This document shows positions 9,826 to 19,228 of a stretch of DNA of 64,000 nt, one piece after another; within the stretch, counting starts at the first letter, position 1; every line of letters begins with the position of its first letter. The position numbers and the translations under genes were made by a program. Where the stretch lies: NCBI GenBank assembly GCA_013203655.1, contig JABMPN010000057.1, positions 16,451-80,450 on the forward strand, in the 5' to 3' direction. The notes under the pieces are model-generated. The model ran no database searches. It worked only from the letters and a program-made list of their open reading frames with translations, and was not told where the DNA came from. The stretch comes from Cyanobacteria bacterium bin.51 (GTDB lineage Bacteria > Cyanobacteriota > Cyanobacteriia > PCC-6307 > Cyanobiaceae).

Positions 9826-11190
9826 GTGCCCCTCAGGCTCCTGCTGGTCCGCCATGGACTGAGCAGCTTCAACCTCGAACGCCGGGTGCAGGGCCGTGAC
9901 GATCTCTCGTCACTGAGCGACCAAGGCCGGGAGCAGGCCTTGGCCACTGGCACGGCGCTGAAGCCGCTGACCATCACCGCGGCCTACAGCTCCCCACTCA
10001 GCCGGGCCCGGGATACGGCTGCCCTGGTGCTGGCCGCCCAGGCTGGCGGCCTCAACGCCCAGCTCGAAGAGGGCCTGCTTGAGGTGGACTTCGAACCCTG
10101 GACCGGTCTGTTGAGCAGCGAACTCAAAGAACGCTTTCCTGAGACCTATCGGCTCTGGCTCCAGGCCCCTGACCAGCTGGAACTCAGGCGCCACGACGGC
10201 AGCCCCTACCGACCGATCGCCGAACTGATGCTTCAGGCACGCCAGTGGCTGGAGAGGTTGAAGCAGATCCATCCCCCCGGCGGTGCTGATCAAACCGTTC
10301 TTGTTGTGGCCCACAGCGCCATTTTGCGCTGCCTGTTGCTGAACCTGTTGGGGTTGCCCGCCAGCGGTTTTCAGCGCTTACGGATCGACAACTGCTCCCT
10401 TTCAGTCCTGAATCTGAGCGACGGTGGTGACGGCACACCCGAGCTGCAGATCGAATCGCTCAATGGCACGGCCCATCTCGGCAGGGCCTTGCCGGCCAAG
10501 GGTCCGGGTCCACGGCTGTTGCTGGTGCGCCACGGTGAGACCGAATGGAACCGCCAGGGCCGCTTCCAGGGGCAGATCGACATTCCTCTCAACAGCCAGG
10601 GGTTTGTCCAGGCGGAGGCCGCTGGCCGCTGCCTGGCCGCTGTGCCGATCCAGCGTGCCTACGCCAGTTCGATGGCTCGCCCCCGTCAGACCGCCGAGCG
10701 CATCCTGGCCGAGCGCCCCGGCATCCCGCTCACCTGCCTGAAGGGATTGGTGGAGATTGGCCATGGCCTTTGGGAAGGGCAACTGGAGGCCGAGATCCAG
10801 GCGGGCTGGCCCGAGCTGCTGAGCGCCTGGAAGCTCGCGCCCCATACGGTTCAGATGCCCGAGGGCGAAACGCTTCAGGATGTCTGGGAGCGGTCAGTCG
10901 CCAGCTTCGGGCGGATCGCCGCCGGCCTCGATGCCGGTGAAACAGCCTTGGTCGTTGCCCATGACGCGGTCAATAAAACGATTCTGTGCGACCTCCTTGG
11001 TCTTGGCCCAGCGGCGATCTGGATGGTCAAGCAGGGCAACGGCGGGGTCAGCGTGATCGACTACCCGGCGCCGGTGCCATCCGGCGAGGAGAGCGGCCTG
11101 TTTGGCCAGCTGCAGCCGGTGGTGACCTGCCTGAATCTGACCACCCATCTCGGCGGTGTGCTCGATCAGACCGCGGCCGGAGCGCTCTGA
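9826..11190 (+). CDS. Tandem two-domain histidine phosphatase (phosphoglycerate mutase family)
   Basis: Two RHG motifs (LVRHGLS, LVRHGET), each with a later VVAH; GTG start inferred. Confidence 0.9.
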   Translation: MPLRLLLVRHGLSSFNLERRVQGRDDLSSLSDQGREQALATGTALKPLTITAAYSSPLSRARDTAALVLAAQAGGLNAQLEEGLLEVDFEPWTGLLSSELKERFPETYRLWLQAPDQLELRRHDGSPYRPIAELMLQARQWLERLKQIHPPGGADQTVLVVAHSAILRCLLLNLLGLPASGFQRLRIDNCSLSVLNLSDGGDGTPELQIESLNGTAHLGRALPAKGPGPRLLLVRHGETEWNRQGRFQGQIDIPLNSQGFVQAEAAGRCLAAVPIQRAYASSMARPRQTAERILAERPGIPLTCLKGLVEIGHGLWEGQLEAEIQAGWPELLSAWKLAPHTVQMPEGETLQDVWERSVASFGRIAAGLDAGETALVVAHDAVNKTILCDLLGLGPAAIWMVKQGNGGVSVIDYPAPVPSGEESGLFGQLQPVVTCLNLTTHLGGVLDQTAAGAL

Positions 11191-12458
11191 TGACGGCCCG
11201 TTTTCTTCAGGGCGTCCGCTTCCTGGAGGGTCCAGGCCATCCCTTGCGCCACGAGGATGTGCTCCTGGAAAACGGACGGCTGCAGGCCCTAGGGCCTGCG
11301 GCGGTGGCCGGAGCCGAGGCTCTGGGCTTGCCCCCCCTTCCTGCCCATGATTGGCTGTTGGCTCCGGTCCTGGTGGACCCCCACAGCCTGTTGGAGCGGC
11401 CCGAGGACGGCACGGCCGAAACCCTCGAGAGCCTCGTGCACTCAGCCTCGGCTGCCGGTTACGGCACCGTGGCGCTTCTGCCGCGCGGTCGCAGTTGGCG
11501 GGACCGGCCCGAGCGCTTGCAGCTGCGCTGTCCGCCGCCATTTCAATTGCCGCTCTGGGGCGGCTTCAGCCTCGGCGGCTCTGGCCTGGACCTTGCCCCC
11601 CACGCCGAACTGATCGCCGCTGGCGCGATTGGCCTTGCCGACGACGACCAGCTCCCCCCACTGCCCCTGGTTGAGCGTGGGTTGCGGCTGGGCGAAGCGG
11701 CGGGGCGACCGCTGCTGCTCGCTCCCCGCGACCCTGCCCTGGCGATGGAGGGTTTCGTGCGCGAGGGGGTCGAAGCCCTCAGGGCCGGCTGGCCGCCTGA
11801 TCCAGCGATCAGCGAAACCCTGCCCCTGCAGAGCGTGCTGGCCCTGGACCAAATTCTCAGCGGCCAGGAGCTCCGTCTTTGCAACCTCTCCACGGCCGCT
11901 GGCGTTGCCCTGCTGCGCGCTCGCAGCGGCGCGCTGCCGGCAAGTGTCTGCTGGTGGCATCTGGTGGCCGACAGTGGCCGGCTCGACCCCAGCGACGAGG
12001 GTTGGCGATTGACCCCCTCCCTCGGGGGGCCTGCTGACCGCAGAGCTCTGGTGGCCGGGCTGGCCGATGGTGTGCTCAGCGCAGTGGCGGTCCATCACCT
12101 TCCCCTCGACGCGGAGGAGCGGCTGCTGCCGATCGATCAGCGGCGTCCTGGTCTTGCCGGCCATCGCTACGTCCTGCCGGCCCTCTGGCAGGAGCTGGTG
12201 GTCGGCCACGGCTGGACGGTGGAGGCGCTTTGGGACGCCCTTTGTTGGGGCCCGGCCCGTTACCTGGGTTTAGCTGAGGAGTCGCTGGCGATCGGCGACC
12301 AGCGTTGGCTGTTGTTCGATCCAGTTCAGGTCTGGCAGCCGGCCTCTGATCTCCATGGATCCCTGGCCGCGAATCAGCCCTACGGCGATCGGTCGCTTAC
12401 GGGGCAGGTGCTGGCGACGGGGTTGCTGCCGGAACTTTGGCGGGGGGTGGCGGGGTAA
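11190..12458 (+). CDS. Dihydroorotase-like protein (probably catalytically degenerate)
   Basis: Amidohydrolase layout: APVLVDPHS, ETLESL...AAGY, LSTAAGV, PSLG; ATG overlaps the upstream TGA. Confidence 0.8.
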   Translation: MTARFLQGVRFLEGPGHPLRHEDVLLENGRLQALGPAAVAGAEALGLPPLPAHDWLLAPVLVDPHSLLERPEDGTAETLESLVHSASAAGYGTVALLPRGRSWRDRPERLQLRCPPPFQLPLWGGFSLGGSGLDLAPHAELIAAGAIGLADDDQLPPLPLVERGLRLGEAAGRPLLLAPRDPALAMEGFVREGVEALRAGWPPDPAISETLPLQSVLALDQILSGQELRLCNLSTAAGVALLRARSGALPASVCWWHLVADSGRLDPSDEGWRLTPSLGGPADRRALVAGLADGVLSAVAVHHLPLDAEERLLPIDQRRPGLAGHRYVLPALWQELVVGHGWTVEALWDALCWGPARYLGLAEESLAIGDQRWLLFDPVQVWQPASDLHGSLAANQPYGDRSLTGQVLATGLLPELWRGVAG

Positions 12459-13179
12459 GGCCATCGCCTTCCCCAAGCGCACCGCTGCGGTCGAGCGGCC
12501 AGAAGCGGAAGAAGGCCCGGCCGATGATTTCGTTCTCAGGCAGAAAGGCGCCCCCGGGCCAGAAACGGCCATCCCAGCTGTTGGCGCGATTGTCACCCAA
12601 GGCCAGCACATGGCCCATGGGGACCACCGTGTTCAGACTGCGGCAGGGCCCGATCCCCTGATCATCGGTTTGACAAAAATTCTTGACATAGGGTTCGCTC
12701 AGCGGCTGACCATTGAGCCAGACCTGGCCCTGGGGATTGACCGTCACTCTGTCGCCGGAGATGGCCACGACCCGTTTGATGTAAGCGTCACAGGCGGGCG
12801 ACTGGATGCCCGGGATCGAGCCCAGCAGCGGCAGGTTCACCAGCAGGCAACGCAGCGGGCTTGCCTGGTGATCAACCCTGAGGGCTGGATCGAAATGGAA
12901 GGGTGAGTTGAACACCACAATTTCGCCGCGCTCAGGGCTGCGGCCGCGATAACTGATCTTCTCGACCAGGAGCCTGTCCTGGATCTGAAGGCCCGGCAAC
13001 ATCGAGCCCGATGGAATGAAGCGGGCTTCAATCAGGAAATGGCGTATCCCAAGGGCCAGGGCCAGGGTGAACACCACACTCCGCCAGAATGCCCAGGCAC
13101 TCTCTTGGGGCTGGGGGTTGGTGGATTCTGATTTCTGTGGCGGCCCCAGAAGTGGTGACGGGGGATCCTCGGCAGTCAA
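12397..13179 (-). CDS. lepB: Signal peptidase I
   Basis: IPSGSMLPGL (Ser), YIKRVVA (Lys), GDNRANSWDGR. Confidence 0.95.
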   Translation of the reverse strand: MTAEDPPSPLLGPPQKSESTNPQPQESAWAFWRSVVFTLALALGIRHFLIEARFIPSGSMLPGLQIQDRLLVEKISYRGRSPERGEIVVFNSPFHFDPALRVDHQASPLRCLLVNLPLLGSIPGIQSPACDAYIKRVVAISGDRVTVNPQGQVWLNGQPLSEPYVKNFCQTDDQGIGPCRSLNTVVPMGHVLALGDNRANSWDGRFWPGGAFLPENEIIGRAFFRFWPLDRSGALGEGDGLTPPPPAKVPAATPSPAPAP

Positions 13180-13295
13180 AGCACCTATGGCGTCTGGATG
13201 GCAGGTCCTCGGCTCGCGCGGCTGGACCAGACCTGAACCCTACGTGCTGAGCTCGGCGCCCCCCTCCCTACCCTGGTGCGGATTGCAACGGCCCC

Positions 13296-14831
13296 ATGGC
13301 AAGGCCCCGCTGGCAGACCCTGCGAACCAACGGTGAGGGCCTGCTGGCTCGGCGCTGGGATCAGTTCGTCGCACTCTGGGCGAGCCTCAACCTGCTCTGG
13401 ATCTGCTTTGACATCAGCTATGTGCCACTGCGAACCTTCTGGCTGCAGCGCAACCTCTATCCCTTGCCGTCGGTGCCACTGGTGCTGCGCCTGCGTTGGC
13501 TGCCGAACATCACCCCGCTTTATGACCCGGTCAAGGGGATCGAGCCGCACCGCGAAACCCAGGCCTTCAGCGAACGCTTCAACGAACTCGATCAGGCCCT
13601 GACGGCCGGATCCGCGGCGCCAGATCTGAGGCGCGCCCAGGTGGAACTCGCCCAGGAGATGATTGCCGAGAATCCCTTCCAGGCTTCGGGCAGCTCGGGC
13701 ACCCTCGAGAAGATCAAGAACCGGTTACGGGAACGCGCTGACCTGGATTCCTCCAAGGAATCCGCAGCCGTCCTGCTGAGCGATGGCTGGTTGGCCCAGA
13801 ACCCCTGGCCCGAGGAACGGCAGTTCTGGCGCGAGCAAATCCTGCCCCTGGTTGCCACCAATTACTGGCGCTCGATCGATGAGAACGGCCGGCCCACCGA
13901 CCACTTCTGGCGCGGCGATCTGCTTCTGTTTCAGAGCGTCTTCCTGGTCGACATCCTGCTGCGGGTCATCCGTTCCAGGCGGCGATTGCCGGGGCTCAGC
14001 TGGGGTCAGGCCCTGTTGCGCCGCTGGACCGATCTGCCCCTGCTGCTGCCTTTCTGGCCCCTGCTGCGGGTGATTCCGGTGGCCGAGCGGCTGCAGACCA
14101 GTGGACTGGTCAACTTTGAGCCCTTGCGGGCGGTGGTCAGCCGTGTCGTGGTCGCCTTGCTGGCGGTGGAACTGTTCGAGGTGCTGGCGCTGCAGTTGAT
14201 GGATGGAGCCCAGGGCCTGATCCGTTCGTCCCAATGGCCCGAGCGCATCCGGCGGTTGCCGAGCCACCAGAACGTCAACCTCAATGACGAGCGGGAGGTG
14301 GTGGAACTGACGCGAATCTGGGGTCCGTTGTTGCTGCGTCAGGTCGCCCCGCGCCTGGGCCCCGAACTGGAGGCCGTGCTCAGCCATTCCCTGCAACAAA
14401 GCCTGCAGGGCCTGGTCGTGCCCCCTGGCCTTCGCCAGCTTCAACCCCTGCTCCAGCTGGAGCTTGGCCTCTCCAAACAACTGGCCAGCGGCGTGGTCCA
14501 GAGCCTGCTCGATCTCTCACGGAGCGCCGCGGACCGGATCCAGAAACCGGACAACCAGCAGATCGACCTGTTGGAACGCGTTCTGGACCGCTTCTGGGAG
14601 GAACTGGCCGATTCCCTGGAGAACGGCGTGGCGCTCGAGCGCACTCAGCAGTTGCTCTGCACCCTGCTGGAGGAACTCAAGCTCAATTATCTGGGCCAGA
14701 TCAACCGCACCGGGATCAATGCCCTGATTCGGGAACTGGATCAGCTGATGGTTCCAGCGGAAGGTTCGCCAGGACCTGGGACCAGGCCAGAGAATCAAAG
14801 CCCACCAGCAGCAGCGACCCGTCTGAACTGA
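13296..14831 (+). CDS. Conserved hypothetical membrane protein
   Basis: 511-aa ORF with several TM segments and a helical C-terminus; host-like codon usage. Confidence 0.75.
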   Translation: MARPRWQTLRTNGEGLLARRWDQFVALWASLNLLWICFDISYVPLRTFWLQRNLYPLPSVPLVLRLRWLPNITPLYDPVKGIEPHRETQAFSERFNELDQALTAGSAAPDLRRAQVELAQEMIAENPFQASGSSGTLEKIKNRLRERADLDSSKESAAVLLSDGWLAQNPWPEERQFWREQILPLVATNYWRSIDENGRPTDHFWRGDLLLFQSVFLVDILLRVIRSRRRLPGLSWGQALLRRWTDLPLLLPFWPLLRVIPVAERLQTSGLVNFEPLRAVVSRVVVALLAVELFEVLALQLMDGAQGLIRSSQWPERIRRLPSHQNVNLNDEREVVELTRIWGPLLLRQVAPRLGPELEAVLSHSLQQSLQGLVVPPGLRQLQPLLQLELGLSKQLASGVVQSLLDLSRSAADRIQKPDNQQIDLLERVLDRFWEELADSLENGVALERTQQLLCTLLEELKLNYLGQINRTGINALIRELDQLMVPAEGSPGPGTRPENQSPPAAATRLN

Positions 14832-15129
14832 TCAGGAAGGGTCTGCGGATCAGTTTGCCGTCAGCAGCGAGGGCTTTGATGGCCTGATCAGGCTCCATCT
14901 CTTTGACGACCGCTGCCCCTAAAGCCCGGTAGCTCAGCCCGCTGGTGTTGAACAACCGCAGAGGCGAAGGCAGCCGTTCCCAGGCCAAAGCAAGCTCGGC
15001 CCGTGAAGGAGGCGTCACCGTGATGTCCACCACGCTGAAGGGGATCCCTTGGTGATTGAGCCAGGCGATTGCCTTGCGACAGGTTGAGCAGCGGGAGTAG
15101 CTGTAAAGCTTGAGGGAGCCCGGGCTCAA
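14716..15129 (-). CDS. Spx/MgsR/ArsC-family thiol protein
   Basis: YSYSRCSTCRKA (CxxC), LFNTSGLSYR, LIRRPF. Confidence 0.85.
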   Translation of the reverse strand: MSPGSLKLYSYSRCSTCRKAIAWLNHQGIPFSVVDITVTPPSRAELALAWERLPSPLRLFNTSGLSYRALGAAVVKEMEPDQAIKALAADGKLIRRPFLISSDGSLLLVGFDSLAWSQVLANLPLEPSADPVPESGH

Positions 15130-15488
15130 GATTTGCCGATCAGCGCCTTCAGCGCACCCACCAGGCTGTTCGAACCCTTACCCACCGCTGCATCAGGGCG
15201 GGTGCGGATGCTGACATCACCATTGACGGTGGTGCGGCAGCTCAAGCGGTAGCTGGCGGGCCGATCGGCCAGGTAAACCTGCTCGACATCGCTGCGGGGG
15301 GAGAGGTTCCGGGCGCCATCGAGGACCTCCACCACGCAGGTGCCGCACTGGCCGAGGCCGCCGCAGTTATTGAAGTTGTTCACCCCTTTGTAAGGGTTGA
15401 TGCCGGCATCGAGTGCCGCCTTGCGGAGGTTGGCTCCCTCGATGCATCCAACCTGCTGGCCTTCCTGTTCGAAACGGATGGTGGGCAC
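15126..15488 (-). CDS. 2Fe-2S ferredoxin
   Basis: NCGGLGQCGTC...RLSC cluster ligands; GANLRKAAL. Confidence 0.9.
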   Translation of the reverse strand: MPTIRFEQEGQQVGCIEGANLRKAALDAGINPYKGVNNFNNCGGLGQCGTCVVEVLDGARNLSPRSDVEQVYLADRPASYRLSCRTTVNGDVSIRTRPDAAVGKGSNSLVGALKALIGKS

Positions 15489-15570
15489 GGACTGCGAAGG
15501 TACACGGCACCTCCAAACCTACCTGCCCACGCGGTCGATAAGGGCAGTTGTGCAAGGGTTCGTGGCGACG

Positions 15571-15852
15571 CTAAGGAACGACCCAGGTGCCGGAGAGGCG
15601 ACCGGATTGCCGATGCCCGTGGATCAGGGCTGGCGAAGGGGGAACCACAGCGTTCTCAAGCGTGAGCCGATCACTGACGACTCCGGCAATGGGAACGAAG
15701 AGGGCGAGGATACCAATCAGGCCTCCAAACAAAGAGGAGCCTGTCTGCAACATCGAGCCCGGACTGAACGGGTCCTCTGAGGCTTCGCTGTCGTGATCCT
15801 TGGCGGGGTTGGGGAAGGTCTCGGGAGAATGTCGGGGCTGGTCGGAGTCCAT
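15571..15852 (-). CDS. Small hypothetical membrane protein
   Basis: 93 aa, one hydrophobic segment (LFGGLIGILALFVPIAGVV). Confidence 0.5.
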   Translation of the reverse strand: MDSDQPRHSPETFPNPAKDHDSEASEDPFSPGSMLQTGSSLFGGLIGILALFVPIAGVVSDRLTLENAVVPPSPALIHGHRQSGRLSGTWVVP

Positions 15853-16025
15853 GGACTGGAATTAAGGAATAGCCCCCCTGGAAGCTGAGACTGCCCTTTA
15901 AGAACAGGAATCAGGTTGATCGGGAAGCAACGGCCCATCGCTGTCAGAAACCAACTGAGCAAGTCAGCGGCATGGTCATCAACGGGCAGTCACCCTAATT
16001 CTGGCACCAAGGGGCCAGCCGTCGT

Positions 16026-16541
16026 TCAGGCGGCGGGCCTGGACTGATCAAAGTTGTCACGCTTGCTACTGAGATCGGTGGGCGCCGCTTCCATGCGGTT
16101 CATCAAGGAGCGGATCGCCTGGAGCTCTTCGAGAATGGAGCCGAGCAACTGCTGGGTGGCCGTTGAAGGCGAGTTGAGCACCTCCACGGTGACTTCCTTG
16201 ATTCGCAGCACGTCCCGCGCAAAGCGAGCCACTTCGTGGGGGTGGAACTGCAACGGTTCCTTCTGATCCGTGCGGTATTCCGGGTTGAGGCGGCGGGGGT
16301 TGAAGGGCGGGTTGAGATTGCGGGGATCAGTGTTGGTGTAGCGATACACCGATGCGCGAGAACGGTTCAAAGCACTCTGAACGTCGTCGATGCCGATCAG
16401 GTGTTCGTCAGGCGTGGCTGATTCGCCGCCTGGCAGGCCGATCAACGGCGGGCTGATCTGGACGGGCATGGAAGTGAACGGCTCAACCCGGTGGCCGGAA
16501 GGAGCGATTCCCCCGCTGGGACCATGGGGAGCCGCAGTCAT
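16026..16541 (-). CDS. Conserved HTH protein (AlpA/excisionase-like fold inferred)
   Basis: LIGIDDVQSALNRSRASVYRY resembles an HTH; start at ATG 16541 or the later MPVQ Met; divergent from proS. Confidence 0.7.
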   Translation of the reverse strand: MTAAPHGPSGGIAPSGHRVEPFTSMPVQISPPLIGLPGGESATPDEHLIGIDDVQSALNRSRASVYRYTNTDPRNLNPPFNPRRLNPEYRTDQKEPLQFHPHEVARFARDVLRIKEVTVEVLNSPSTATQQLLGSILEELQAIRSLMNRMEAAPTDLSSKRDNFDQSRPAA

Positions 16542-16706
16542 GAGACTATCCTGAGACGAATGGGATTGTTGACCAGACCTTAGCAGAAGTGTCCCGCTTT
16601 CTGGGGCCTTCGTCCAGACCTTTCTGGCTGCTTGTTTCGGTCGGCTGTGCGACAGCCTTCCAGCAACTGGGTGATAGGTTCCAAGCCCTTTCGCCCGGCT
16701 GCTGCG

Positions 16707-18536
16707 ATGCGTGTGTCCCGCCTGATGCTGGTGACACTGCGAGACGATCCGGCCGAGGCTGAAATTCCATCCCACCGGCTGTTGTTGCGGGCCGGCTACA
16801 CCCGTCGGATCGCCGCTGGTGTGTATGCCTATCTGCCCTTGCTCTGGCGGGTGCTGACCAAGATCAACGGCATCGTCCGCCAGGAAATGGACCGGATCGG
16901 CGCCCTGGAAACCCTGCTGCCCCAGCTTCAGCCCGCCGACCTCTGGGAACGCAGCGGCCGCTGGCAGGGCTACACCGCCGGCGAGGGGATCATGTTCCAT
17001 CTGGTCGATCGCCAGGACCGCTCCATGGGGCTTGGTCCCACCCACGAAGAGGTGGTGACGGCCCTGGCCTCCGACCTGCTCCGTTCCTACCGGCAGCTAC
17101 CGGTCTGCCTTTATCAGATCCAGACCAAATTCCGCGACGAAATTCGCCCCCGTTTCGGGCTGATGCGTGCACGCGAATTCATCATGAAGGATGCCTATTC
17201 CTTCCATGCCGATGGGGCCAGCCTCGCCGCCACCTACACGGAGATGGATCAGGCTTACCGGCGCATTTTCCAGCGCTGTGGCCTGCGGGCCGTGGCTGTT
17301 GAAGCCGACAGCGGCGCCATCGGTGGCAGCGCCAGCCAGGAGTTCATGGTGACTGCCGAGGTCGGCGAGGACCTGATCCTCTCCAGCCCCGACGGGCGTT
17401 ACGCCGCCAACCAGGAACGGGCCATCTCGCTCGAAACCGAGGCGATCCCCCTAGAGCCCTCCAGGCCCCTGGGCCCCTTCCTCACTCCGGCACAGGGTTC
17501 GATCGAGGCCCTCTGCCAGGGCCATGCTCTGGTGGCCAGCCAGATCGTCAAGGTGCTGTTGCTGTTGGCCCGTTTCGCCGGCCGGCCTCCCCAACCCGTG
17601 CTGGTCTGCTTGCGGGGCGATCAGCAACTCAATGAGGTCAAGCTCAGAAATGCCCTGAGCAGCCGTTTGGCCGGGTCAGGGCATCCCCTGATCGATCTCC
17701 AGCCCCTGACAGCCGACCAGGTGGCTGCCCAGGGCCTGGCTCCCCTGCCCTTTGGGTTTCTCGGGCCCCAGCTCAGCGATGGGGTTCTCGCCGCGGCCCG
17801 CGATTGGGCACCACGCTTCGAGCGACTGGCCGATTCCAGCCTGGAGTTCCTCGGCAGGTTCGTCTGCGGCAGCAACCAGGCCGGCAGCCACCAGGTGGTG
17901 GCCGGCTGGGATGCCCAAACACCGTTGCCGGAGCTGGCTGATCTGCGTGCAGCCCAGCCAGGTGATCGCTGCCAGCACGACTCGGAGCAACGGCTGGTGG
18001 CCAGCCGGGGCATCGAGGTCGGCCATATCTTTCAGCTCGGTTGTAAGTACTCCGAAGCTCTGGAGGCCCGTTTCACGACGGACGACGGCGTCGATGAACC
18101 GCTGGCGATGGGCTGTTACGGCATTGGTGTGTCCCGATTGGCCCAGGCGGCGGTAGAGCAGCACCATGACGCTCAGGGCATCTGCTGGCCGCTGGCCATC
18201 GCCCCGTTCGAGTTGATCGTTGTGATCGCCAATGCTCAGGACGGCCTGCAGCTGGCTCTGGCCGAGCAGCTCTACGCCGCGTTGGCGGCCGCGGGGATCG
18301 AGGTACTGCTTGACGACCGCGCCGAGCGGGCCGGGGTGAAATTCAAGGATGCCGATTTGATCGGCATCCCCTGGCGCGTGGTGGTGGGCCGGGGGGCCGC
18401 CACCGGCAAGGTGGAAGTGGTGGAGCGCGCCGGTGGCGCCAAGCATGAGCTGGCTGCCGACGCCCTGTTGGCCTGGCTTCAGCCCCGGATCGAGGCTGGG
18501 CGCCTTGGGCTTCTCGCTCAACAGGCAACGGTCTAG
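16707..18536 (+). CDS. proS: Proline--tRNA ligase
   Basis: MRVSRL, SHRLLLRAG, LGPTHEE, QTKFRDEIRPRFG, GIEVGHIFQLG, MGCYGIGVSR. Confidence 0.97.
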   Translation: MRVSRLMLVTLRDDPAEAEIPSHRLLLRAGYTRRIAAGVYAYLPLLWRVLTKINGIVRQEMDRIGALETLLPQLQPADLWERSGRWQGYTAGEGIMFHLVDRQDRSMGLGPTHEEVVTALASDLLRSYRQLPVCLYQIQTKFRDEIRPRFGLMRAREFIMKDAYSFHADGASLAATYTEMDQAYRRIFQRCGLRAVAVEADSGAIGGSASQEFMVTAEVGEDLILSSPDGRYAANQERAISLETEAIPLEPSRPLGPFLTPAQGSIEALCQGHALVASQIVKVLLLLARFAGRPPQPVLVCLRGDQQLNEVKLRNALSSRLAGSGHPLIDLQPLTADQVAAQGLAPLPFGFLGPQLSDGVLAAARDWAPRFERLADSSLEFLGRFVCGSNQAGSHQVVAGWDAQTPLPELADLRAAQPGDRCQHDSEQRLVASRGIEVGHIFQLGCKYSEALEARFTTDDGVDEPLAMGCYGIGVSRLAQAAVEQHHDAQGICWPLAIAPFELIVVIANAQDGLQLALAEQLYAALAAAGIEVLLDDRAERAGVKFKDADLIGIPWRVVVGRGAATGKVEVVERAGGAKHELAADALLAWLQPRIEAGRLGLLAQQATV

Positions 18537-18651
18537 GTGCCAGGCGCTTCGATCACTTTGAGAACGCTTCAGCCCTGCCATAGGCCTCAGCCCTGCCTTG
18601 GTGAGCGCCGCGCGGTGCTTCTAAAGTGGGAATTATCGAATTGAGGCGCTG

Positions 18652-19122
18652 ATGGCCGCTGCGTGGGACCGTTGGGTCCAGTCCTGGTCACTGCAAACAC
18701 TCAGCGGAATCTTGGGCGAGCAGGTCCGCCGTTCGACGGCCAGCCTGCTCGCCATCTGCCTCAGCCTCAGCCTGTTGCTGAGTGCCTGCGGCAGTCCGGC
18801 GGCGCCCCTGAACGGCACCTACCTCGACGACACGATGGTGGTGGCCGAGGCCCTGCTGAGCACGATCGCGATCGCCGACGACGATCCCTCCAGGGCAGAG
18901 GCTGAAACATCCGCCCGCACCCTCGTCAAGGACTACGTCGCCTTCTACCGCCCCAGGAGCAAGGTCAACGGCCTCAGCTCGTTCACCACCATGCAGACCG
19001 CGATCAACTCCCTGGCCGGCCACTACACCAATTATCCGAACCGTCCGCTGCCCGAGGCCCTCAAGACCCGTGTGGCCAAGGAACTGCGCAAAGCCGAAGC
19101 GAACGTGACCCGCGGCGCCTGA
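18652..19122 (+). CDS. psb27: Photosystem II assembly lipoprotein Psb27
   Basis: Lipobox LSAC, SFTTMQTAINSLAGHY, RPLPEALK. Confidence 0.93.
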   Translation: MAAAWDRWVQSWSLQTLSGILGEQVRRSTASLLAICLSLSLLLSACGSPAAPLNGTYLDDTMVVAEALLSTIAIADDDPSRAEAETSARTLVKDYVAFYRPRSKVNGLSSFTTMQTAINSLAGHYTNYPNRPLPEALKTRVAKELRKAEANVTRGA

Positions 19123-19228
19123 ATGGCGCTAGGCCTTAACAGTGCCAACGATCACTCCGGCTCTTTGACGGAAGGGCCGTTGATCTGACAGGCTCCATCC
19201 TTGTGCTTAGAAGCGGCTTCGGGCCGCT

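Noticed and set aside
9406-9977. Apparent long head-to-head overlap of the CAAX protease and histidine phosphatase ORFs
   Set aside because: Artefact of longest-ORF calling; plausible starts at 9752 and 9826 leave a normal divergent gap.
16542-17045. N-terminal extension of the 339-aa ORF overlapping proS
   Set aside because: Antisense to proS; the protein-like part begins at or after 16541.
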